Positions 24,760-32,000 of a stretch of DNA of 32,000 nt are shown here, one piece after another; position 1 is the first letter of the stretch, and every line of letters begins with the position of its first letter. Made by a program: the position numbers and the translations under genes. The notes beneath the pieces were generated by a model, which saw only the letters and a list, made by a program, of their open reading frames with translations, did no database searches and was not told the origin of the DNA. The stretch is taken from positions 60,001-92,000 of the forward strand of contig NC_010628.1 of NCBI RefSeq assembly GCF_000020025.1, read 5' to 3'. The stretch is from Nostoc punctiforme PCC 73102 (lineage in GTDB: Bacteria; Cyanobacteriota; Cyanobacteriia; Cyanobacteriales; Nostocaceae).

Positions 24760-25533
24760 TCAAGCAAAACTAGAAAAACCTAGATTGGGTGGAATATCCT
24801 GAATCCGCCCAGGGCCGATCGCTCGTAATGCTTCTTTGAGTAAAATATCCCCAGTATACAAAGCACGTCCGACAATTACGCCAGTCACGCCTTGAGGTTC
24901 TAACGCCAACAAACTCAACAAATCGGTGAGAGAACTTACACCGCCAGAGGCAATTATCGGGATGGAAATTACCGCCGCAAGTTCTCGCAAAGCTTCTAAA
25001 TTTGGGCCGATGAGAGTACCATCTCGGTGAATATCTGTGTAAATGATGGCGGCTGCACCCAATTCTTGCATCTGTACAGCCAGTTGGGTTGCTAAAACTT
25101 CTGAGGTTTCTAACCAACCACGAGTTGCGACTCGACCGTTACGGGCATCAATGCCAATAATAATCTGTCCAGGAAATTCTGCACACAGTTCTTGTACTAG
25201 CTGGGGTTGTTCGACGGCGATAGTTCCGAGAATTGCCCACTGTATGCCTAGATTGAATAATTGTTGCACGCTGGTGCGATCGCGCAATCCTCCACCAATT
25301 TCAATGGGTACTGACACCGCGTGAGCGATCGCTTCAATTGCCCCCAGGTTTACTACTTTACCTGCTTTGGCACCATCTAAATCAACTATGTGCAGTCTAT
25401 TAGCACCCTGATCGACCCACTGTTTGGCAACATCAACGGGATTTTCGCTAAACACTTGCGAGCGATCGTAGTCTCCCTGATACAGTCGCACACATCGACC
25501 TTCTAGTAAATCTATCGCTGGAATTACATCCAT
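24760..25533 (-). CDS. hisA: ProFAR isomerase (histidine biosynthesis)
   Basis: 257 aa. Motifs: [49 protein letters not shown]. Confidence 0.93.
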   Translation of the reverse strand: MDVIPAIDLLEGRCVRLYQGDYDRSQVFSENPVDVAKQWVDQGANRLHIVDLDGAKAGKVVNLGAIEAIAHAVSVPIEIGGGLRDRTSVQQLFNLGIQWAILGTIAVEQPQLVQELCAEFPGQIIIGIDARNGRVATRGWLETSEVLATQLAVQMQELGAAAIIYTDIHRDGTLIGPNLEALRELAAVISIPIIASGGVSSLTDLLSLLALEPQGVTGVIVGRALYTGDILLKEALRAIGPGRIQDIPPNLGFSSFA

Positions 25534-25562
25534 TTATTTCTCCCTCATAACTCAATGCAATC

Positions 25563-25588
25563 GAAACCCTAGCTAGCGCTGGGGTTTC
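25563..25588. terminator. Short hairpin at the 3' end of the 99-aa membrane protein gene
   Basis: GAAACCC (25563-25569) and GGGTTTC (25582-25588) with a 12-nt loop, next to the stop codon. Confidence 0.25.
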
Positions 25589-25887
25589 TATTTTTGATTT
25601 TTGATTTGTAATTGCCTGACAGCGTGCCCAAAACCTAGCACAAGCAAGATGTTAGAAAGAGTCAAAAATACTTCTGCACCACCATGCAACCAATCTACAT
25701 TGGCCAAAGACTCGCCATAATGCAATTGGGCGTAAATTCCGGCTGGGATGGTGATAGCCACAAAAACGAGAGTACCGTAAAATCCATACAGCGCTAAACG
25801 CGGCATTTGCGGACTCCGGCTGATAAACCACAAGAAACCCAAATAGGGAAACAGTGAAAGTGCAAACAGGGTTTCTTTAGAAATCAT
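25588..25887 (-). CDS. Small 3-TM membrane protein (DUF3593-like, tentative)
   Basis: 99 aa and hydrophobic (LFALSLFPYLGFLWFISRS). Its start overlaps the stop of the upstream gene in ATGA (25884-25887). The family name is from memory. Confidence 0.55.
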   Translation of the reverse strand: MISKETLFALSLFPYLGFLWFISRSPQMPRLALYGFYGTLVFVAITIPAGIYAQLHYGESLANVDWLHGGAEVFLTLSNILLVLGFGHAVRQLQIKNQK

Positions 25888-26219
25888 TGCTCTAATTTGA
25901 TAGGTTCTGGTTCAACAGTGTTAGAAGATTTGGTAGAACGCCAAATCAAAAACGCTGCTGCCCAAAGCGTAAAATTACCAACTAAGGTCATGGTAGCTTG
26001 AAGTGTTACCAGCCATTCCAGAGATTCGGCGTTGTCGAAATAATGCCAGGTACAAGCACACATAGCGCTAACTAAAGCTGGTAACATAGCAAGGGACAAT
26101 CCCCACCAATTGCGGTTATTAGTGAGTTCGCCGTAAGTCCAGATTAACCAAATGGCAACAATCCACTCTATAACGCTAGAAATATGAATAATCCAGGTGG
26201 GAATCGATAGGGTGTGCAT
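25884..26219 (-). CDS. Small membrane protein (DUF2499 / Ycf49-like, tentative)
   Basis: 111 aa (IPTWIIHISSVIEWIVAIWLIWTY). It shows translational coupling with the downstream 99-aa ORF. The family name is from memory. Confidence 0.55.
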   Translation of the reverse strand: MHTLSIPTWIIHISSVIEWIVAIWLIWTYGELTNNRNWWGLSLAMLPALVSAMCACTWHYFDNAESLEWLVTLQATMTLVGNFTLWAAAFLIWRSTKSSNTVEPEPIKLEQ

Positions 26220-26225
26220 AAGAAA

Positions 26226-26246
26226 GTTAGGAGTTATGAGTTAGGA
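26226..26246. repeat. Tandem heptamers GTTAGGA/GTTATGA/GTTAGGA
   Basis: Three units starting 7 nt upstream of the start (26219, minus strand) of the 111-aa membrane protein gene. Confidence 0.8.
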
Positions 26247-26251
26247 ATTAA

Positions 26252-26271
26252 AGACGCGGAATTTAGCGTCT
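26252..26271. repeat. AGACGC...GCGTCT hairpin, same family as 10411 and 29124
   Basis: AGACGC ggaattta GCGTCT, followed by GTAC. It lies in the divergent promoter region between the 111-aa ORF and csaB. Confidence 0.6.
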
Positions 26272-26390
26272 GTACTGGAGTTAAGAGTCAATAGTATTAA
26301 TCTTTTTGTTTTTCTATGTCCTTATTTTCCTACTATACAATTCATCTTTTGTTGGCAGGATGGCATCAACGTTTTAAAAAAAATTGTTAA

Positions 26391-26418
26391 TCTAAAATCC
26401 AAAATCTAAAATCCAAAA
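26391..26418. repeat. Tandem heptamers TCTAAAA/TCCAAAA x2 abutting the csaB start codon
   Basis: tctaaaa tccaaaa tctaaaa tccaaaa. The last A is the A of ATG 26418. Confidence 0.9.
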
Positions 26419-27464
26419 TGGTCAAGATGCGGGCGTTATTGTCTGGATATTACGGTAAAGGTAATGGTGGTGACGAGGCTTTGTTAGCAACGCTCTTGCA
26501 AATGTTACCATCTCACGTAACCCCTGTGGTACTTTCGGGAAATCCAGAGGAAACGCGCGATCGCTACAATGTAGAAACTTACGATCGCATGGCTCCCTTA
26601 GCTGTACTGCAAGCTTTACGCTCAAGTGATGCCTTGATTTGGGGCGGCGGGAGTATTATTCAAGATGTTACCAGCACTATCAGCCCCTTTTATTATGGGG
26701 GAATGATGGCATTGGCGCAGAAAATGGGTTTGAAAACTGTTGCTTGGGCGCAGGGTATTGGCCCGTTGGTGCGTCCGCAAACCCGTTGGTTAGCGCGGCA
26801 AACCTTTGGTAATTGTACCAAAGTTAGTGTCCGTGATCGCGCCAGCGCTGCTTTATTATCTGATTGGCAAATTCCTTGTATTATAGCTCCTGACCCGGTT
26901 TGGGCGTTGGAATCGAAACCAGTACCGGGACTTTGGGATTTACCTGCGCCGAGAGTTGCGGTAACGTTGCGATCGCATCCCCAACTTACAGAAACACGCC
27001 TAGCAAATTTAACTCGTGCTTTGGTGGATTTTCAAAAAGCTACGCAGGCTTTCATTTTATTACTGCCATTTCAAAAAAGTGAAGATTTAAGTATTGCCGA
27101 AGCTATTCAACCCCACCTTAAAGATGTCAGCCAGATTTTATGTCTGGAAGATCCACAACTTTTGAAAGGTGTGTTTCGCGGCGTGGAGATGGCAATTGGG
27201 ATGCGACTACACAGCTTGATTATGGCTGCGGCTGAAGGTTGTCGCTGCTTTGCTCTTAGTTATGACCCCAAGGTAAATCGTCTTATGGAAGACTTAGAAA
27301 TGCCTGGGTGGGATTTGGCGAGTTTACCCAATGACCCCAATTTGATTAGTCTAACTTGGATGGAGCATTATGCTAATGGCGATCCTTTATCACCAGACCA
27401 AATACAATCTTTAGTAGATAGGGCATTAATCCACCGCGAGTTATTGAGCCAAGCTTTTATTTGA
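26418..27464 (+). CDS. csaB: Polysaccharide pyruvyl transferase, CsaB type
   Basis: 348 aa. The N-terminal signature LLSGYYGKGNGGDEALLATLLQMLP and the later GMRLHSLIMAA are typical of CsaB-family pyruvyl transferases. The true start may be the M at codon 4. Confidence 0.85.
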   Translation: MVKMRALLSGYYGKGNGGDEALLATLLQMLPSHVTPVVLSGNPEETRDRYNVETYDRMAPLAVLQALRSSDALIWGGGSIIQDVTSTISPFYYGGMMALAQKMGLKTVAWAQGIGPLVRPQTRWLARQTFGNCTKVSVRDRASAALLSDWQIPCIIAPDPVWALESKPVPGLWDLPAPRVAVTLRSHPQLTETRLANLTRALVDFQKATQAFILLLPFQKSEDLSIAEAIQPHLKDVSQILCLEDPQLLKGVFRGVEMAIGMRLHSLIMAAAEGCRCFALSYDPKVNRLMEDLEMPGWDLASLPNDPNLISLTWMEHYANGDPLSPDQIQSLVDRALIHRELLSQAFI

Positions 27465-27613
27465 CACTCCTTAGCCATAAATGACGGGGATTCTAGATCG
27501 TTAATTATCAAAGTTTTGTAAATTGATTATAAAAATACTCAAGTATATTTTATGACAAACTATAACAGTTATGTTATCTAGGATATACAGAAATAATTCT
27601 TGAGATCATTCTG

Positions 27614-29074
27614 ATGATAAACTTTGGTTTTTGGAACCTAATTATAGTAATTGTAGTTGCATTGGTTCTCAAAAATAATTGGCGGCTAGATGATGATGAA
27701 AAGGCAGCCTGGAAAAATTCTTTATTCTTAAAATCTTCTGCTATCCAACGGTTGATGCAATTTTTGCGTCAACCAATTGTTAACTTTATCATCCAAGCAG
27801 TTGTTGTATTAGTCGTTACAAGATTTCTCTGTTATACAGGTTGGCTAGTTTATTTCCTAAATCAGCCAAATCCACCTTTATGGGATTTTAAATGGTTTTA
27901 TGTGGCGAGTAAATTGGCTCATCAGCATTTGAGTCCTTTTAATGTCGAGGTTTTTAACCAAAGTTTCTGTAGCCTAACTAAAACGTGTGGATTTATTCCA
28001 CCATTTGTCTATCCACCTAATATTATTCCTCTTATCTGGTTTCTCGGTTATTTTTCGATCAATACTGCATTTACAATATGGATTGTGATGCATATATTAG
28101 CAATCGGTTTAGCCTTATGGGGAGTGAATATCCTCCTAGAATCGAAGTCGCCAGCTTTTAGAACTATTTGCACAATTTCGGCTGCTTTAATTTATGGTTT
28201 AGTTCGCGATCTTCAAGTTGGTAATCTTGCCATTTTCGTTGCGGTTCTCATTTTATGGATGTTTATCTTGGCTAGAAAATATCAGGATATTCCAGCAGGA
28301 CTTTGCTTGGGTATTGCCGTTTGTAAACCAACATTAGCTGCATTATTCATTCTATATTTTCTATTAAAAAGACGTTTTTCTCTAGTTTTTGTATCTGTTA
28401 TCACAGGAACTTCTCTAGTATTTTTAGGTCTAGCCTTGACGGGCAATTCTGTGACACAATACCTACCAGATACGGCTCGTGGATTTGCACTTTGGCTTAA
28501 CGATCCATCAAATAGTCCCTATCTTTCGATTACTCGCCTAGATTTGATGGTAGTGGGTCCAAGATTATTACCCAATAATCCATTATTTGCCAAGTTATTG
28601 TCAGACTTTATTGTCCTGATACTTGTTAGTTTCGTGGGTTGGTATTGGTATCTACAACAATCTCTTACAGCCTGGTCAAAAGAAATATACTTAGCAGAAA
28701 TAGTACTAGTTTCTTGCTTGAGTATTGCCATTAATTATTCACAGCAAACTAGTACTGTGATGTTAATACCTGCGGTTGTTTTTTTGCTCAATGATTTTCT
28801 ATATCAAATCAGGTATTATAAATTCTCTATGAGCAGAATGTCTGTTTGGTTAGCAGGGGTTTGCTTTCTAGCAGTGCAAACAGCAGTTATTCATGGCTGG
28901 CTCATCGGCTCTCTAGCAAATCGCTGGGACGTGAAAGCAGGGAAATTACCCTACTTTTTGAAAGTAACTATCTTCGCGCTACCGAGTTATGCAATTCTAG
29001 GAATCACCCTGAGTATTTTAGTCTTAGCAATTAGTTCACTGCGTCAAAAACAGCTTTTAAAATTTGAACCTTAA
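27614..29074 (+). CDS. Polytopic membrane protein, possibly a GT-C / DUF2029-like glycosyltransferase
   Basis: 486 aa with about 11-13 hydrophobic segments. It lies next to csaB. The functional call is weak and rests on topology and context only. Confidence 0.6.
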   Translation: MINFGFWNLIIVIVVALVLKNNWRLDDDEKAAWKNSLFLKSSAIQRLMQFLRQPIVNFIIQAVVVLVVTRFLCYTGWLVYFLNQPNPPLWDFKWFYVASKLAHQHLSPFNVEVFNQSFCSLTKTCGFIPPFVYPPNIIPLIWFLGYFSINTAFTIWIVMHILAIGLALWGVNILLESKSPAFRTICTISAALIYGLVRDLQVGNLAIFVAVLILWMFILARKYQDIPAGLCLGIAVCKPTLAALFILYFLLKRRFSLVFVSVITGTSLVFLGLALTGNSVTQYLPDTARGFALWLNDPSNSPYLSITRLDLMVVGPRLLPNNPLFAKLLSDFIVLILVSFVGWYWYLQQSLTAWSKEIYLAEIVLVSCLSIAINYSQQTSTVMLIPAVVFLLNDFLYQIRYYKFSMSRMSVWLAGVCFLAVQTAVIHGWLIGSLANRWDVKAGKLPYFLKVTIFALPSYAILGITLSILVLAISSLRQKQLLKFEP

Positions 29075-29100
29075 AATCCAATACGCTTGGGTTAAGCGCT

Positions 29101-29150
29101 ACTTGTACAAAATCGTGGGTTTTGAGACGCGATAAATCGCCGTCTCTACA
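29101..29150. terminator. Nested palindromes between the convergent membrane-protein gene and pgeF
   Basis: ACTTGTA...TACAAGT are the outer arms. The inner hairpin is GAGACGCGAT-aa-ATCGC(c)GTCTC (29124-29146). tgttttggtctttt follows on the plus strand. Confidence 0.45.
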
Positions 29151-29225
29151 AGTGTTTTGGTCTTTTCTGAACTGTCTTGCCTTAAAATCTGGTGTCAATT
29201 TAGAACACCAAGATTAAAACCAGTT

Positions 29226-30011
29226 TTACCTTTTAGCACTGACAATCCCTGACCATTGAACTTTTTTCTCTTTCTCTCGGCGGTAAGAAAAGAAATGCTC
29301 TGGAGTTTGGAAAGTACAATAAGGTGCGATCGCAATTTGTTCTGCACTAATCCCCATATTTTCCAGTTGTAAGGTATTCACTCGCCGCACATCTAGCCTT
29401 ACCTTTCCTGGATCAGGATCTTCTAGTAAAGGTGAATTTGGTAGTTCATGCAATGCAGTTAAAATTTTTTCTTCGTCATTATGTGATATAATGCTAGCCC
29501 CAATTTCAGCAGCCACTTCGATGGAGACTTGGTAAACCTCACCAGCGATCGCCGGGCCCATTGCAATGCGTAAATCATCAAGTTTGCTGCCTTGAGATTG
29601 TAGCCGAGCGATCGCTAGGGGCACAATTTTCTTGGCAGTCCCTCGCCAACCCGCGTGTAATGCTGCCACCCGTCCAGTTTTCACATCCCCAATTAGCACG
29701 GGTGTACAATCTGCACTAGCTACCCAAACGGCTTGGAGAGGCTGCTCGCTCATTAAACCATCCGCCGATGCTAAATCATCCTCAGCAGTGCTTAAAAAGC
29801 TTTCAACTTCTTGGGGGGTGAGAACAGTATTGCCATGAACCTGCTTTAAGCGATAGACTGATGCCTCTGGTTGCAATACTTCTGTGATAACTTGTGGCGA
29901 TCGCGGCCAAAACTGCTGGGTAAAGAAGCCGTGATGCCAATGTTCCAGAATACTACAAGTTAGATAAGGCAGTCCTTCCCAATTGCGCCAGTGCCAAGTG
30001 TGCATCTTCAA
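29226..30011 (-). CDS. pgeF: YfiH/PgeF-family purine nucleoside phosphorylase / peptidoglycan editing factor (DUF152)
   Basis: 261 aa. Motifs: LKQVHGNTVL, ASADCTPVLI, AALHAGWRGT, CTFQTPEHFFSYRR. Confidence 0.85.
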   Translation of the reverse strand: MKMHTWHWRNWEGLPYLTCSILEHWHHGFFTQQFWPRSPQVITEVLQPEASVYRLKQVHGNTVLTPQEVESFLSTAEDDLASADGLMSEQPLQAVWVASADCTPVLIGDVKTGRVAALHAGWRGTAKKIVPLAIARLQSQGSKLDDLRIAMGPAIAGEVYQVSIEVAAEIGASIISHNDEEKILTALHELPNSPLLEDPDPGKVRLDVRRVNTLQLENMGISAEQIAIAPYCTFQTPEHFFSYRREKEKKVQWSGIVSAKR

Positions 30012-30082
30012 CCAAACCTAAACAAAAATCACTCATCAGCCAATCAATGCTAACTTGAACAACGGAATTTGGGTTAACTGCT

Positions 30083-30901
30083 GTGGGATTTAATCTGCAA
30101 AACTTGGAATCAGCCTTGAAAGCAGGGCGTAAGTATACATATTTACCCTTTTCCCCCCACTTTTTTGAAAGTGTCTCCTCAACAAACCAAACCCTCTGGA
30201 ACTTACTACACCAAGGGGCTATTTCAGGAACAGTAGTCATCGCCACTCAGCAATCTGCTGGGCGGGGACAATGGGGACGCGAGTGGATTTCTCCAATTGG
30301 GGGATTATATGTTTCCGTGGCGATTTCTTTCGATCGCAAAATAGAAGCTACTGACAGCTACCAGCTAACTTTCGCAACTGCTTGGGGAATTGCGTCTCAA
30401 TTGCGCCAATGTGGTATAGATGTTGGGATAAAATGGCCCAATGATTTAGTTTTAAATAGTCGCAAACTAGGCGGCATTTTGACAGAAACCAAAGTAAACA
30501 AAGGACAAATCACCCAAGCAGTAATTGGTGTTGGTATTAACTGGACAAATCCAGTACCAGACACTGGAATCAATCTGGAATCGTGGCAAGCTTCCCAAGA
30601 TTTCAGACCAATTTCTAGTCTGGAAATACTCACCTCTAAAGTCTTACTGGGAATAGAATCCGGTATGGAGTGCCTTCAACAAGAAGGAGTAAGCATACTC
30701 TTGTCTCGCTATCTAGACTTGCTTACAAACATGGGCGATCGGGTGTATGTCAATAATCTTTTAGGTACTGTAGTTGGGGTGACACCTCAAGGAAATTTAC
30801 GAGTTGATTTAGAAACACATGATACAAAGGAACTAATTACACCGGAAATTTATATTCAACCCGGTACAATCAGTTTGGGGTACCATAAATCTTCCGTTTA
30901 A
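30083..30901 (+). CDS. birA: Biotin-[acetyl-CoA-carboxylase] ligase, group I (no HTH domain)
   Basis: 272 aa with a GTG start. Motifs: QQSAGRGQWGREW, GIKWPNDLVLNSRKLGGILTE. Confidence 0.88.
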   Translation: MGFNLQNLESALKAGRKYTYLPFSPHFFESVSSTNQTLWNLLHQGAISGTVVIATQQSAGRGQWGREWISPIGGLYVSVAISFDRKIEATDSYQLTFATAWGIASQLRQCGIDVGIKWPNDLVLNSRKLGGILTETKVNKGQITQAVIGVGINWTNPVPDTGINLESWQASQDFRPISSLEILTSKVLLGIESGMECLQQEGVSILLSRYLDLLTNMGDRVYVNNLLGTVVGVTPQGNLRVDLETHDTKELITPEIYIQPGTISLGYHKSSV

Positions 30902-30991
30902 ATTTGAGGTTTGTTCAAAATTTCGCTCTTTGGGCAAGACAAACCACTAGCATCATCTCTTTAGGCTAATTACACACAACTGAGAGAACAA

Positions 30992-32000
30992 ATGACGCAG
31001 CGCAATAATTCTGCCCATCATCGTTTGCATTTATGGCAGCAAGGTCTAACAAAAAAACGTTTTGCCTCAACACTACCAGCTCAGAGCCTCTGTTGGCTGA
31101 GTAGCGTCAGCCTCCTTAGCGGCGGCTTTGTGTTTGCCCAAACGGAAACACAAGTAGATAACATCGTTCCCACTGTTGAAACTTCCCAGCCAACAGTAGT
31201 TCCAAATCCAGTTAACACTGAGCGAAGTCAAAGTGTTAAAAAACAGGCTGTTGCACCTGAAGCCGTTCAAGCGCAACCGGAATTTTCCCAACGGCGAGCC
31301 AGACTCAAACAGAGACTACGCAAGCCAGAGGTAGCTCAATCAAAAGAACCGATTAGGCAGTCTACGCCCAAAATCGAAGCTGCTGAACCTGTTGTTATTA
31401 TCAGACAGTCAAAACCCAAAGTAGAAACCTCTCAGGTTACTCCTGCAAGGGTGAGACAGGAAAAACCCAATACCCCTGTCCGCTATGCACCTGAAAAACT
31501 CCCAGAAGTTGCTCAACCATCGAATAACTCCAACAGTTCTGTTAGTGCAACGCCAGGTAAAACCAAGGATTATAATAACGCCTATATTGATCCTAATAGT
31601 TATGACAGTGGTGCTACAGGTACTTATCAAGCACCGAATTCTGTAATTCTCACAGAACGCTCTAGTGGTTGCCGAGCCATTTTACCTTCAGGACAAAGCG
31701 TATTAGGCGGCGTTTGCGCCAAAGTACCCCAAAGGAATGTAGCTGATTCTAATGGTAAAGTAGCACCTAATTGGCTAAGAAGAAGTCAAAACGCTCAACT
31801 GCCAGTAGTTCCAACTGCGCGGCAAGTTGCAACGACTGGCAACACTAGCAGATGGCGTGCTACTCAAAATGGTTATAGTGGTGACACCAAGACCGCATAT
31901 CGCCCAAATCGGTTTATCCCGAGTCCCAGCGAGTTCAGTCCCACAAGAGTTAGTGCCACTCCTATTGCACCCAGTGGCGGGACTTTACCGCCACCAATGG
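30992..32000 (+). CDS. Secreted Pro/Gln/Lys-rich protein, N-terminal part. Possibly the N-terminus of an M23-type peptidase. 3' end outside the window.
   Basis: Not in the ORF track because it has no stop. My translation from ATG 30992 is open to the window end: MTQRNNSAHHRLHLWQQGLTKKRFASTLPAQSLCWLSSVSLLSGGFVFAQTE...YIDPNSYDSGATGTYQAPNSVILTERSSGCRAILPSG...APSGGTLPPPM. There is a hydrophobic signal-like segment. The M23 guess is from memory of similar cyanobacterial N-termini. Confidence 0.6.
   Translation, partial: MTQRNNSAHHRLHLWQQGLTKKRFASTLPAQSLCWLSSVSLLSGGFVFAQTETQVDNIVPTVETSQPTVVPNPVNTERSQSVKKQAVAPEAVQAQPEFSQRRARLKQRLRKPEVAQSKEPIRQSTPKIEAAEPVVIIRQSKPKVETSQVTPARVRQEKPNTPVRYAPEKLPEVAQPSNNSNSSVSATPGKTKDYNNAYIDPNSYDSGATGTYQAPNSVILTERSSGCRAILPSGQSVLGGVCAKVPQRNVADSNGKVAPNWLRRSQNAQLPVVPTARQVATTGNTSRWRATQNGYSGDTKTAYRPNRFIPSPSEFSPTRVSATPIAPSGGTLPPPM

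Noticed and set aside
24770-25324. 115-aa minus-strand and 93-aa plus-strand ORFs overlapping hisA
   Set aside because: The hisA frame is unambiguous. The overlapping ORFs are Arg/Cys/Ser-rich shadow frames.
26422-29034. Short ORFs overlapping csaB and the polytopic membrane protein gene (26422-26625 and 28519-28731 minus strand; 26900-27082 and 28846-29034 plus strand)
   Set aside because: They are antisense or out of frame relative to longer ORFs with a clear pyruvyl-transferase signature or a consistent multi-TM hydropathy pattern. They have no motifs of their own.
29632-30633. ORFs 29632-29838 (+), 29953-30246 (-) and 30397-30633 (-)
   Set aside because: They overlap pgeF or birA out of frame or antisense. 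The 97-aa ORF spans the divergent promoter region and both gene starts, which is implausible.
31073-31630. Two minus-strand ORFs (72 and 73 aa) near the right edge
   Set aside because: They are antisense to the 336-codon open frame that runs to the window end, and they are probably shadow ORFs.

Overview
This window looks like chromosomal DNA from a heterocyst-forming cyanobacterium of the Nostoc/Anabaena type. Three things support that. The HIP1 palindrome GCGATCGC occurs more than 20 times by eye. Tandem heptamer (STRR-type) arrays fill many spacers. The gene content matches the heterocyst-glycolipid (HGL) island.

Bases 1-14238 (minus strand) carry a pfa-like iterative PKS operon:
- hglE: KS-AT-ACP-ACP plus a KR structural half.
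- hglF: KR catalytic half plus DH.
- hglG: KS-CLF-AT.
- hglD: the first 539 codons of a PfaD-type enoyl reductase. It is missing from the ORF track because it runs off the window.

A 1.93-kb AT-rich region with no ORF of 60 aa or more (14239-16172) follows. It contains a 114-bp MITE and two GTA-N8-TAC boxes. It separates the operon from divergent plus-strand deposition and glycosylation genes: a DevB/DevC-like exporter pair with no ATPase gene (hgdB, hgdC), an SDR epimerase (hgdA), a GT2, a secreted DUF2141-like protein, a membrane GT2/GT21-like transferase and a GT4 (hglT-like).

The right third (24.7-32 kb) is housekeeping and envelope: hisA, two small overlapping membrane proteins, a csaB-type pyruvyl transferase, a polytopic membrane protein, pgeF/yfiH, birA and the 5' part of a secreted Pro/Gln-rich protein.

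I found no rRNA, tRNA, CRISPR, transposase, phage or defence genes.

Honest assessment: the dominant system is a recognised one (as I recall, Fan et al. 2005 for Anabaena PCC 7120). I cannot support a claim of a new system. The items most worth follow-up are:
- the repeat/MITE family that occupies every hgl spacer and leaves GCGTAA[A/G]TCCT ends just upstream of hglG and hglT;
- the large ORF-free control region with an NtcA-type promoter candidate;
- the triplicated helical motif in HglE and HglG;
- the KR split across hglE and hglF;
- the uncharacterised GT2 / DUF2141 / membrane-GT trio.
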